A DNA stretch of 32,000 nt from Geotalea uraniireducens Rf4 (GTDB lineage: Bacteria; Desulfobacterota; Desulfuromonadia; Geobacterales; Geobacteraceae), in contig NC_009483.1 in NCBI RefSeq assembly GCF_000016745.1, positions 960,001 through 992,000 of the forward strand, in the 5' to 3' direction. Position numbers and translations under genes: made by a program. Of the stretch, positions 8,903 to 17,199 are shown piece after piece; within the stretch, counting starts at the first letter, position 1; the number at the start of each line of letters is the position of its first letter. The notes beneath the pieces were generated by a model. That model was not told the DNA's origin, did no database searches, and was given only the letters and a program-made list of their open reading frames with translations.

Positions 8903-8924
8903 AGATCGTTCAGTCTCTTATTGT

Positions 8925-9446
8925 TCATAGCCACCTCGTAGAGGGAGTGGTGCATTGTTTAACGCCGTCCAACGCCGCCAAAGCAGCCACCGCCCCAGCT
9001 ACGTCCGCCACCGCCAGCCCCGCGGCCTGAGCTGCCGCCGGAACTCTTAGCGACTCCTTCTCCATAACTTTTGGCGGCGGTCCGACCACGGGGAGTTGCT
9101 CAACCCACGCAGGTGGCGGCGACACGGTGAAGGTGGCGAGAGATTTTGACCAGGTGACAATTTCATCGGACCAGTCAATGATATTGATCACGGCGAGGGT
9201 GAAGGGGATGCTGAATACCAGCAGCAATCCGACGGTCATCGCGGTAACGGCGAGCGCCCGCTTGCCCCGGAGCCGCTTCTGAATGCGAAGCATGACCGGC
9301 CACGTGGTCACGACGATCATGGTTGCCCAGACGAGCGCCGTCAGGAAGGGGTGCAGTATCCAGAAGCTGGCGGCCGTGAGGATGCCGATGAAAAGCACCG
9401 CCAGGGTTGTGCGGGCAATGTTGGGTGAGGGGTGACCGGGCGTCAT
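8925..9446 (-). pseudogene. AI-2E family transporter (YdiK/PerM-like), N-terminal third only
   Basis: Residues 1-~120 align convincingly by eye with E. coli YdiK (LAVLFIGILTAASFWILHPFLTALVWATMIVVTTWPVMLRIQKRL.GKRALAV...LPVVG). The ORF then continues in Ala/Pro-rich non-homologous sequence and stops. About 250 residues of the family are missing. Confidence 0.65.
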
Positions 9447-9554
9447 CGGCGGAGTTCTCCGATCATATTTAATTATTTATTGTTAATGGTATCGGGAAAT
9501 TTGATGCTTACAAGTCATCATCGAAATTTTCGAAGATTTCCAGAAGTTGAACCC

Positions 9555-9703
9555 AAAAACGGCAGTTAGCCACGAATGACACGAATAAACACGAATGTTT
9601 TTAACCCATTGTTAAATCTTGAGAAGTCACCGACCTGATGAGTACCTTTTGCATCACAAGTGGTTGTATATTCGTGAAAATTCGTGGTTAAAATGCTTTT
9701 TAT
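9555..9703. repeat. Structured intergenic repeat, copy B (reverse complement of copy A)
   Basis: AAAAACGGCAGTTAGCCACGAATGACACGAATAAACACGAATG...CATCACAAGTGGTTGTATATTCGTGAAAATTCGTGGTTAAAATGCTTTTTAT is the reverse complement of 4711-4869, with scattered substitutions. Confidence 0.85.
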
Positions 9704-9714
9704 CCTAGAAAAAG

Positions 9715-9849
9715 CCTTTGAACCGCAAAGGCGCTAAGAACGCGAAGTAAAATCAATCATTTATCTAACGGAAACCTTTCACCCGATTGGTTTGGATCTT
9801 TATCCCCATAAGTATTTGAATTTCTTTGTGCCCTTTGCGCCTTTGCGGT
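9715..9849. repeat. Inverted pair of GCAAAGG-type 9-mer tandem arms around a 76-nt core
   Basis: The left arm is CCTTTGAACCGCAAAGGCGCTAAGAACGCGAAG (9715-9747). The right arm is CTTTGTGCCCTTTGCGCCTTTGCGGT (9824-9849), approximately its reverse complement. The same motif recurs at 4962-4977, 11313-11348, 11465-11503 and 21294-21320. Confidence 0.75.
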
Positions 9850-9901
9850 AAACAACTGCCGTTTCAGGTTTATAGGTTGAATGATTGCAAGTCGGCATCT
9901 C

Positions 9902-9942
9902 AAAAAAAAGGAAAGGCGAGGAATCAAATCCTCGCCTTTCCT
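9902..9942 (-). terminator. Rho-independent terminator of the efflux operon
   Basis: A 14-bp perfect stem AGGAAAGGCGAGGA (9909-9922) / TCCTCGCCTTTCCT (9929-9942) with a 6-nt loop. On the minus strand it is followed by a run of 8 T (9902-9909). It lies ~70 nt downstream of the OMF stop at 10010. Confidence 0.85.
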
Positions 9943-10009
9943 TATTCTATCGCCCCCCTGGGCAGCAACGCTCACTACTTCTCTTTCTCCCGGTCAGATG
10001 CCGCTGCGA

Positions 10010-11407
10010 TCAATTCACAGATTTCCCTTCCCCCAGCACCCCCATCACCCTGTCCAGGTTTACCTGTGCCACCAGATAATCACGGCGGGCGCGGGTCAGG
10101 TTCCCCCTGGCCTGGAGCAGGTTGAGTTCGGCGTCTTCCACCTCCAGCCGGATCTTGACCCCCAGCTCGAACCCCTTTTCCGCCATGGCGAGCAGCCGTT
10201 CCGCCTGGTTGACTGTGCCGGAAAGGGCTCTGACTATCTCGCCGGCCTCCTTGACCGTGTTGATAGCATCGCGGGTTTCAAGGGAAATGGAGTCGGAAAG
10301 CTTCTTCTCGTCGATCTCGATGCTCCGCCGGTCGCTTTCGGCCTGGGCTACCTTGCCGCGTGTTTTCATGCCGTCAAAGAAGGGGAAGGTGAGGAATATC
10401 CCCGCGCTCCATGCCTGGCCGTTGCCGTGGGCATCGCCGACATCCAGCTGCCGCCAGCCATATCCCCCCTTGATATCCAGGCGGGGCTTGTCTTCGGCAT
10501 TGGCGATCTTCACCAACTCGACCGAGATCTCCTTCCTTTGCCGCAGTTCTTCCAGTTCCGGCCGGTGCTTCCGGGCTACCGTCAGGGTTTCGTCGTAGGA
10601 AGGGACCGGCTTCATGACTGCTTCCAGGGAGCCGGCAACATCCACGTCTACCTCTACGGCGAGGAGAAATCTGAGCCGGTCCTTGGCCTGTCGTATCAGG
10701 TTTTCCGTACGAATCACCTCGGGGCGGGCGTTTTCCACGGATACCGATGCTGCCAGGGTGTCATAGTCGGTGGCGACTCCGGCTGCGTAGCGTCGCTGCG
10801 CTTCGTCCAGATGGCGTTCCTTCTGATCCAGGTTTTGCCTGGCAATGGCGAACTGCTCCTTTGCCAGGAGGATGTCGTAGAATGCGACGGCCACGTCCCG
10901 GCGGGTGTCCTGACGGGAGATGCGGAGCCGTTCGTCGGCGGTCCTGAACCCCTTCTCCGCGGCGCGGATGGCGGCTCCCACCTTTCCCCAGGTGAAAACG
11001 GCCTGGGAGAGGCCGATCTCTATGGACCGGGTATCCTCCAGCGTTGGGATCAGCCCGCCGGCGATGACGCCCTGGCTCTTATCCTGCTGCCGGGCTACCT
11101 GGCCGGTGACTGTAAACTGGGGGAGGGCGGCGGAACGTTCTTCAACGTATTTTCCTTCCACCTGGCGGAAGAACTCCTTTGCCTTCTGGATGTCCCGGTT
11201 GCGGCTGTCGGCGATCTCCAGGGCCTGGTCCAGGGTGAGGGTGCGGACCTCGGCGGCATGGGCGGCTATCTGGCTAATAACAACGAAGGCCGATGCGGCA
11301 ACGAAGAGAAAACCTTTGAACCGCAAAGACGCAAAGGACGCCAAGGGAAAATCTGCAAAGATTATATTGTGTTTGATTCCTTTAGATGCCATGTCTTTCC
11401 AGTTCAC
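10010..11407 (-). CDS. TolC-family outer membrane efflux protein (OMF)
   Basis: 465-aa ORF with a TolC-like repeat structure (LTLDQALEIA..., two long coiled/barrel repeats, ...ARGNLTRARRDYLVAQVNLDRVMG). It is the last gene of the tetR-MFP-RND operon. The start is uncertain: the ATGs at 11407/11392 lie inside a repeat element, and a TTG at 11326 (MRFKGFLFVAASAFVVISQIAAHA) would give a normal signal peptide. Confidence 0.85.
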   Translation of the reverse strand: MNWKDMASKGIKHNIIFADFPLASFASLRFKGFLFVAASAFVVISQIAAHAAEVRTLTLDQALEIADSRNRDIQKAKEFFRQVEGKYVEERSAALPQFTVTGQVARQQDKSQGVIAGGLIPTLEDTRSIEIGLSQAVFTWGKVGAAIRAAEKGFRTADERLRISRQDTRRDVAVAFYDILLAKEQFAIARQNLDQKERHLDEAQRRYAAGVATDYDTLAASVSVENARPEVIRTENLIRQAKDRLRFLLAVEVDVDVAGSLEAVMKPVPSYDETLTVARKHRPELEELRQRKEISVELVKIANAEDKPRLDIKGGYGWRQLDVGDAHGNGQAWSAGIFLTFPFFDGMKTRGKVAQAESDRRSIEIDEKKLSDSISLETRDAINTVKEAGEIVRALSGTVNQAERLLAMAEKGFELGVKIRLEVEDAELNLLQARGNLTRARRDYLVAQVNLDRVMGVLGEGKSVN

Positions 11408-11503
11408 ATTCTTTCCTCTTTATAAAATTAAAATAAAAACACTCCACATCACTGGACCACTCCGCGCTTTCTTTGCGTGCTTCGCGCCTTGGCGGTTCAA
11501 GGG
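11313..11503. repeat. Inverted pair of GCAAAGG-type 9-mer arms with a 116-nt A/T-rich core, inserted between the RND and OMF genes
   Basis: The left arm is CCTTTGAACCGCAAAGACGCAAAGGACGCCAAGGG (11313-11347). The right arm is CTTTCTTTGCGTGCTTCGCGCCTTGGCGGTTCAAGGG (11467-11503), approximately its reverse complement. The right arm abuts or overlaps the RND stop (11497), and the left arm lies within the 5' end of the OMF ORF. Confidence 0.75.
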
Positions 11504-14500
11504 TGTCCGGATTGGCCTTCTCTCCGCCACTTCCGCTTCAGCCACCCCCCCAGGTCGTCCATGATGGTGTACATCACCGGCACAACCAGCAGGGTCAGCA
11601 TGGTGGAGGTGAGAAGCCCCCCCACTACGGCGCGGGCCATGGGGGCGCGTCCCTCGGCTCCGGCTCCGATGGCGAAGAAGAGCGGCATCATGCCGAAGAT
11701 CATGGCCAGGGTAGTCATGATGATCGGGCGCAGCCTGGTGCGACCGGCCAGGATGACCGCATCGCGCCGCTTCATGCCGTCCCGCCGCTGCAGGACCTTG
11801 GCGTAGTCAACCAGCAGGATGGCGTTCTTTGTCACGAGCCCCATGAGCATGATCAGGCCGATGAGGGACATGATGTTCACCGTGTCGCCGGTGAGCTTCA
11901 ACATCCCGGCCATGCCGACGATGGAGAGCGGCAGCGATAGCATGATGGCCAGCGGCTCGAAGAACGACTCGAACTGGGCCGCCAGGATCAGGTAAACGAA
12001 GAGTACCGCCAGCAGCAGCGATTCGCCCATGTAGCCGAATGATTCGGCCATATCTTCGGCCTCGCCGGAGAGGTTGACGGAGTAGCCGGGCGGCATGTTG
12101 ATCCGCTTCGAGGCGGTCTCCACATGTTTGGCTGCAGTGCCGACGGGGAGTCTGTCGAGGTTGGCGCTGACCGTTACCTGACGCGCCAGGTCGCGGCGGT
12201 TGATCTCAGTCGGGGAGGCCGCCACCACCGTGCTCGTCATGCTCCCCAACGATATGAGCTTGACGCCTGTCTTCCCGTCGGGGACCGACACCTTCAAGTC
12301 GCTCACCTGGGAGGAATTCTGTCGCATCGTGGCAGGCAGGCGCACGCGTACATCCACCGCGTCGCCATCTTCATCCTCATAGGTGGAGATGGCCTCACCC
12401 CCTACCAGACGGCCGACCGCACCGACGATGTCGTTGGTGGTCACACCGGCCGACAGGGCCTTGTCCCGGTCTACCCGCAGACGGTACTCGGGGATATCGT
12501 TCTCCAGGGTCATGGAGAGATCGACGATGCCCGGCACCTTGTAGAGTTCCTCTTTCAGCCGGGCGCCCAGTTGCTTGAGGGTCGTCAGGTCGTCCCCCTT
12601 CAGGTTGACGTTGAGCGGCTTCTGTGCCCCGCCGATCTGCCCCACCTCCTCGATGGAGAAGGTGATCCCGGCCACCTTCCGGAGCCGTTCCCGCACCTCG
12701 CGCTGCAACAGGAACTGGTTCTTTTTTCGCTCGTTTCGTTCCTTGAGCTTCACGTACAAAAGGCCATCCCGCACCGTGCCGCTGTCGCCGGCGCCGATGG
12801 TGGCGTAGGTGTGGTCGACCTCCGGGGATTCCTTGACCGCTGCCAGCACGGCGTTCATCCGGTTTTCGGTCTCGGCCATGGAGGCGTCCGGCGCGGTCTT
12901 GAAGGAAATCTGGAACTCCCCCTTATCTTCAGGGGCCATGAATGATGACTCCAGGCTGCCGAAGATCATGATGCCGGCCACGAAGGAGGCGAAGGCCAGT
13001 GCCATGACCGTCTTGCGATGGTCCAGGGCCCAGCCGATGGCGCCGCGGTATTTGTCGGCAGACTTGTCGAACCAGTTATTGAATATCTCCAGTAATCGCG
13101 CAATCCCTTTGCGTCTGCCTTGCAGGTGGATGGATGGGTCGTGCCAGCGGGAGGAGAGCATCGGGTCGAGGGTGAAGGAGACGAACAGCGATACCAGCAC
13201 GGCAAAGGCGACGCTGATGCCGAACTGGTAGAAAAAGCGCCCCACGATCCCCTTCATGAAGGCCACCGGGATGAAGACGGCGATGATCGACATGGACGTG
13301 GCGAAGACCGCCAGACCGATCTCCGAGGTGCCGAAGCGCGCGGCCTCCATATGGTCCTTACCCATCTCCAGATGGCGCACGATGTTCTCACGCACCACGA
13401 TGGCATCGTCGATCAGCATGCCGATAGCCAGGGAGAGGGCCATCAGTGTCATGACATTGAGCGTCATTCCCAGGGCGTTCATGACGATGAAGGAGGAGAT
13501 GACCGAGATGGGGAGGGTCACGCCCGTGATGACCGTGGAGCGCCAGGAGTTGATGAAACAGAAGACGATCAGTACCGTCAGGATGCCGCCGATGATCAGG
13601 GTTTCCTTGACGTCGGCCAGGGACTCGCGGGTCATGATGGAGCCGTCGCGCACCAGGCTGATGGTAACGCCGGGGGGCATTTCCTTCTGTACCTTGGCCA
13701 TCACCTTCTTGACCGTATCCACCAGTTCCACCTGATTGCCGCCCGACTGCTTGTAAATGTCCAGGCCGATGGCCGGTTGTCCGTTGACCAGGGCCAGCTT
13801 GCGCTTCTCCTCCACCCCGTCGCTGACCCGGGCAACCTCTCCCAGCGCAATCGGGCGGCCATTCCTCTGGACGACCACCATTTGGCGGTACAGGTCGGCC
13901 CGGTCCGGCTTTCCCTCGATGCGCAGGGGATACTCGGCCGTGCCGCGGGTGATGCGCCCCAGCGGGGTATTGGTGTTCTCCGATTTGATCCCGTTGACCA
14001 CATCGTTGACCCCCAGGCCGAGTGAGTCCAGTCGGGTCGGATCGAGGTCGACGTTGATCTCCCGTTTCTGTCCGCCGATCATGTCCACCTTACCCACACC
14101 GGCCACGCTCTCGAAGCGCTTCTTGACCTTCTTTTCCACCAGGGTGGTCAGTTCTCTGGCCGACAGGGTGCTGGACTGCACAGCCAGGGCCGCTACCGGT
14201 GCGGCGTTGAAGTCCATTTTCTGGATGATCGGTTCCTCGATGCCGGTGGGGAGGGTGCCGCGAATCGACGAAATCTTGGCGCGCACCTCTTGCGCTGCGT
14301 CGTTGACCTTCTCCTCCAGGCGAAACTCTACCACTACCGAGGACACACTCTCGCGGGAGGTGGAGAAGACGTGCTTCACCCCGGCCACTTGGTTGACCGC
14401 CTCCTCGATCCGCTTGGAGAGCTCACGCTCAACCGTCTCCGGCGAGGCACCGGGGAAGGTCGTGATCACGGAGACAATCGGGAACTCCACATTGGGAAAC

Positions 14501-14607
14501 ATCTCGACGGAGAGCCGGCGATAGGAGAAGATGCCGAGGACGACAAGGGCCAGGATCATTACCGTGGCGAAGATGGGGCGTTTGATGGATGTGTTTGAGA
14601 GAATCAT
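11497..14607 (-). CDS. Efflux RND transporter permease (AcrB/HAE1-like)
   Basis: 1036-aa ORF. The N-terminus MILSNTSIKRPIFATVMILALVVLGIFSYRRL.VEMFPNVEFPIVSVITTFPGASPETVE is canonical for RND pumps. It has the 12-TM / two large periplasmic loop organisation. The + strand ORFs across it are antisense shadows. Confidence 0.95.
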   Translation of the reverse strand: MILSNTSIKRPIFATVMILALVVLGIFSYRRLSVEMFPNVEFPIVSVITTFPGASPETVERELSKRIEEAVNQVAGVKHVFSTSRESVSSVVVEFRLEEKVNDAAQEVRAKISSIRGTLPTGIEEPIIQKMDFNAAPVAALAVQSSTLSARELTTLVEKKVKKRFESVAGVGKVDMIGGQKREINVDLDPTRLDSLGLGVNDVVNGIKSENTNTPLGRITRGTAEYPLRIEGKPDRADLYRQMVVVQRNGRPIALGEVARVSDGVEEKRKLALVNGQPAIGLDIYKQSGGNQVELVDTVKKVMAKVQKEMPPGVTISLVRDGSIMTRESLADVKETLIIGGILTVLIVFCFINSWRSTVITGVTLPISVISSFIVMNALGMTLNVMTLMALSLAIGMLIDDAIVVRENIVRHLEMGKDHMEAARFGTSEIGLAVFATSMSIIAVFIPVAFMKGIVGRFFYQFGISVAFAVLVSLFVSFTLDPMLSSRWHDPSIHLQGRRKGIARLLEIFNNWFDKSADKYRGAIGWALDHRKTVMALAFASFVAGIMIFGSLESSFMAPEDKGEFQISFKTAPDASMAETENRMNAVLAAVKESPEVDHTYATIGAGDSGTVRDGLLYVKLKERNERKKNQFLLQREVRERLRKVAGITFSIEEVGQIGGAQKPLNVNLKGDDLTTLKQLGARLKEELYKVPGIVDLSMTLENDIPEYRLRVDRDKALSAGVTTNDIVGAVGRLVGGEAISTYEDEDGDAVDVRVRLPATMRQNSSQVSDLKVSVPDGKTGVKLISLGSMTSTVVAASPTEINRRDLARQVTVSANLDRLPVGTAAKHVETASKRINMPPGYSVNLSGEAEDMAESFGYMGESLLLAVLFVYLILAAQFESFFEPLAIMLSLPLSIVGMAGMLKLTGDTVNIMSLIGLIMLMGLVTKNAILLVDYAKVLQRRDGMKRRDAVILAGRTRLRPIIMTTLAMIFGMMPLFFAIGAGAEGRAPMARAVVGGLLTSTMLTLLVVPVMYTIMDDLGGWLKRKWRREGQSGHP

Positions 14608-14705
14608 GGAGTTGCTTCCTTTTTCTGGATCAAGGTATCCGGGGATGTCGTATTGCGCCCATGAGCGGCTATTTTCGCAGCACCAGCTGCACTGTCACGC
14701 TCTGC

Positions 14706-15863
14706 TTACTTCGCCGGGGCAACTGCCGCCACCCGGTCGCCATCCTTGAGGACGAAGCCGCCGCGGGCGACGTACTTCTCCCCGGCCTTCACCCCCGACA
14801 CGATTTCCACGAGATCGCCGGCGACTGTGCCGATCCCCACCTGACGCAGGCGGGCTGCCTCTCCCTCGACGACGAACAGAGACGCCTTCTTTGCCGTCAG
14901 GTCGACGCCGGCGAGTGCCTGCCGGGGGAGCTGGAGAACGCCGGTCCGTTTGCCGGTGACGATTCTCCCCTTGGCGAACAGGCCCCCCTTGAGGGTTTCC
15001 GGAACGTTTCGCACCTCTGCGATCACCTTGAGGGACCGGTCGGCCGCTGTCAGCTCCGGATTGACGTACATGACCTTGCCGATGAATGTCTTGCCGGGAA
15101 AACTGTCGACGCTGAACTCGAGCTGCTGACCGACCTTCACCCGTGCCGACTCGGCGGAAGGAACGGTGACGGTCAGGTTCAGGAGGCGATTGTCGACGAT
15201 GCGGAAGATCGGCTTGCCCGCCGCGGCGTCGCTCGCCAGGTCGCCGACATTGACATCGCGCAGGGCCACTACTCCGTCGAGGGGGGAGGTGACAAAACCT
15301 TTGGCCAGGCGCGCCTTCGACTGGCGTAGTTCCTCCTCGGCAACCCTGATTTGCGCCTTGGCCGCCTCGCTCCGCGCAGCGGCGGCGGCCGCCTCGCTCC
15401 TGGCATCATCGACCCCCTGGGCAGTGGCAAGTCCCGCCTCCTTGAGCTTCATGGCCCGGGCCAGTTCCCGGTCGGCACGAGTTGCCGCCACCTGTGCCTG
15501 TGCGAGCCCTGCCCGGGCCGATTCGATTCCCGCCTCGGCCCGCTTCACCAGAGCCTCGGTTTCCGCCACGTCGATCCGCGCCAGTGGCTGCCCCTTCCGC
15601 ACCCGCACCCATTCGGTGACGTAGACCTGCTTGACGAGCCCGGGGATCTGGGTCTTCACATCGGCAGAGAATTTCGGCTCCAAACTCCCCGTCACTTCCA
15701 CCCCTTCCACGAGGTCGGCAGCGGCGGAGATGCCTGTTTCCACGGCTACCGGTGGCTTGGCGACGGTCTGTCCTTTGGTCGCGGCCGCTCCTTCCTTTTT
15801 CGTGCAGCCGTTCGCACCTGCCAGCAGGCAGATTGCTGCAAGTATCAGTATCAGATTTTTCAT
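14706..15863 (-). CDS. Efflux RND periplasmic adaptor subunit (MFP, AcrA/HlyD-like lipoprotein)
   Basis: 385-aa ORF with a lipoprotein-like signal (MKNLILILAAICLLAGANGC), an Ala-rich coiled-coil hairpin (EALVKRAEAGIESARAGLAQAQVAATRADREL...) and barrel-sandwich and beta-barrel domains. Confidence 0.9.
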   Translation of the reverse strand: MKNLILILAAICLLAGANGCTKKEGAAATKGQTVAKPPVAVETGISAAADLVEGVEVTGSLEPKFSADVKTQIPGLVKQVYVTEWVRVRKGQPLARIDVAETEALVKRAEAGIESARAGLAQAQVAATRADRELARAMKLKEAGLATAQGVDDARSEAAAAAARSEAAKAQIRVAEEELRQSKARLAKGFVTSPLDGVVALRDVNVGDLASDAAAGKPIFRIVDNRLLNLTVTVPSAESARVKVGQQLEFSVDSFPGKTFIGKVMYVNPELTAADRSLKVIAEVRNVPETLKGGLFAKGRIVTGKRTGVLQLPRQALAGVDLTAKKASLFVVEGEAARLRQVGIGTVAGDLVEIVSGVKAGEKYVARGGFVLKDGDRVAAVAPAK

Positions 15864-15873
15864 CGCGGTCTCC

Positions 15874-16512
15874 TCATAGACGACTCGCGCCGAGTACGGC
15901 GCCAGACGATTTTGTTGCCAGACCTTCCATTACCAGACGGAGCATGCGCACCATCTGCTCCCCGTCAAGACGGGCGGGTGTGTGGCAGAGTTGTTCTTCC
16001 ATGGCGGTGTTGAGGATGGAAATGACGGTCCAGGCCACGTCCGTACTGTCGTTCGGTCGCAGTTCGCCGCTCCCGATCCCTTCCCGGACCAGGTCGTGGA
16101 TGGTATCCAGCATCCTGGTGAAATAGGCATCGAAGTTTATATGGGGAGCCCCTTGGGGGGGGCCATAATAGATGGCATAGATCAGGCGTACGACTTCAAT
16201 GTTTTCCATGATCAGGTCAAGCATCATGGCACAGAAATGGTTGATCCGTTCCGTCACGCACCCCTGGAGTGTCGTGATTTGGCTTAAGGAAGATTCGAAT
16301 TCGGCAAAGGAACCGTTCATCAGTTCCAGGTAAAGCCCTTCCTTGTTGCCGAAGTAGTAATAGAGCACCGGCTTGGTGACGCCGGACGCCGCGACGATCT
16401 CGCGCACCGATGCAGCGGCGTAACCCTTGCTGTTGAAAAGTTCGAGTGCGGCAGTCAAAAGCCTTTCCCGTACCCCGCCCTCATTTTTTTCAGGTTTTTC
16501 TTCTCGTGTCAT
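15874..16512 (-). CDS. TetR/AcrR family transcriptional regulator
   Basis: 212-aa ORF with an N-terminal HTH (RERLLTAALELFNSKGYAAASVREIVAASGVTKPVLYYYFGNKEGLY). It ends 10 nt upstream of the MFP gene, so it is the first gene of the efflux operon. Confidence 0.9.
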   Translation of the reverse strand: MTREEKPEKNEGGVRERLLTAALELFNSKGYAAASVREIVAASGVTKPVLYYYFGNKEGLYLELMNGSFAEFESSLSQITTLQGCVTERINHFCAMMLDLIMENIEVVRLIYAIYYGPPQGAPHINFDAYFTRMLDTIHDLVREGIGSGELRPNDSTDVAWTVISILNTAMEEQLCHTPARLDGEQMVRMLRLVMEGLATKSSGAVLGASRL

Positions 16513-16529
16513 GTTCCCCTCATTAATCC

Positions 16530-16594
16530 CTTACCGATCGGTAAGTAACATGATCGCCGGAGATCTGTCAATAAAAAATTTACCGCTCGGTAAG
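16530..16594. promoter_or_regulatory. Two copies of a 15-16-bp palindrome, candidate TetR operators in the tetR/def divergent region
   Basis: CTTACCGATCGGTAAG (16530-16545, perfect palindrome) and TTACCGCTCGGTAAG (16580-16594) lie 18-82 nt upstream of the tetR start. An A/T-rich stretch (AATAAAAAATT) separates them. Confidence 0.55.
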
Positions 16595-16683
16595 TACGGT
16601 GCGTCTTGATAGTAAGGAATGGATTGATTTTTTTTACTCAAATTTATATAGTGCATTCAGGCTTAAACATGCAAAGGACGGCT

Positions 16684-17199
16684 ATGATAAGAAAAATACT
16701 CACTTTTCCCGACCCGGAGCTGAAAAAGAAGTCCCAGCCGGTGGTGGTGATCAACAATAAAGTCATCGAACTGGTGCGGGACATGGCGGAAACCATGTAC
16801 GACGCGCCGGGGGTGGGGCTGGCAGCCCCGCAGATCGGCGTCCACCAGCGGATAGTGGTGATCGACGTGGCCGGCAAGGACGATCCGCCGCAGCTGATCG
16901 TCGCCATCAACCCGGTCATCATCCATGCGGACGGTGAATCCTATGAGGAGGAGGGGTGCCTCTCCATTCCCAAGTACGCCGCCAACGTGCGCAGACACGA
17001 GCGGGTAGTGGTGAAGGCGCTCAACCTGGATGGCGAGGAGATCACCTGCAAAGCGGACGGGCTTCTGGCCATTGCCTTCCAGCACGAAATCGACCATCTG
17101 GACGGGATACTCTTCATCGACCACATCTCACCGCTGAAGCGGGAAATATTCCGGCGCAAATACCGCCGTACCCTGGAAGACATGTCGGAGGGGGCGTAA
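16684..17199 (+). CDS. def: Peptide deformylase
   Basis: MIRKILTFPDPELKKK... with the three PDF motifs GVGLAAPQIG, EGCLSIP and HEIDHLDG. The track ORF 16606 over-extends the start. Confidence 0.95.
   Translation: MIRKILTFPDPELKKKSQPVVVINNKVIELVRDMAETMYDAPGVGLAAPQIGVHQRIVVIDVAGKDDPPQLIVAINPVIIHADGESYEEEGCLSIPKYAANVRRHERVVVKALNLDGEEITCKADGLLAIAFQHEIDHLDGILFIDHISPLKREIFRRKYRRTLEDMSEGA

Noticed and set aside
9757-9975. 72-aa - strand ORF in the 9447-10009 intergenic region
   Set aside because: It is composed of translated repeat arms and the terminator hairpin.
9881-11425. 514-aa ORF on the + strand
   Set aside because: It is antisense to the TolC-like gene, has no recognisable motifs, and starts inside repeat and terminator sequence.
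12124-14025. Several 140-300-aa + strand ORFs (12124..12945, 12809..13231, 13120..14025, 13757..14524)
   Set aside because: All are antisense to the RND permease gene. They are low-complexity, His/Asp/Gly/Arg-rich shadow frames.
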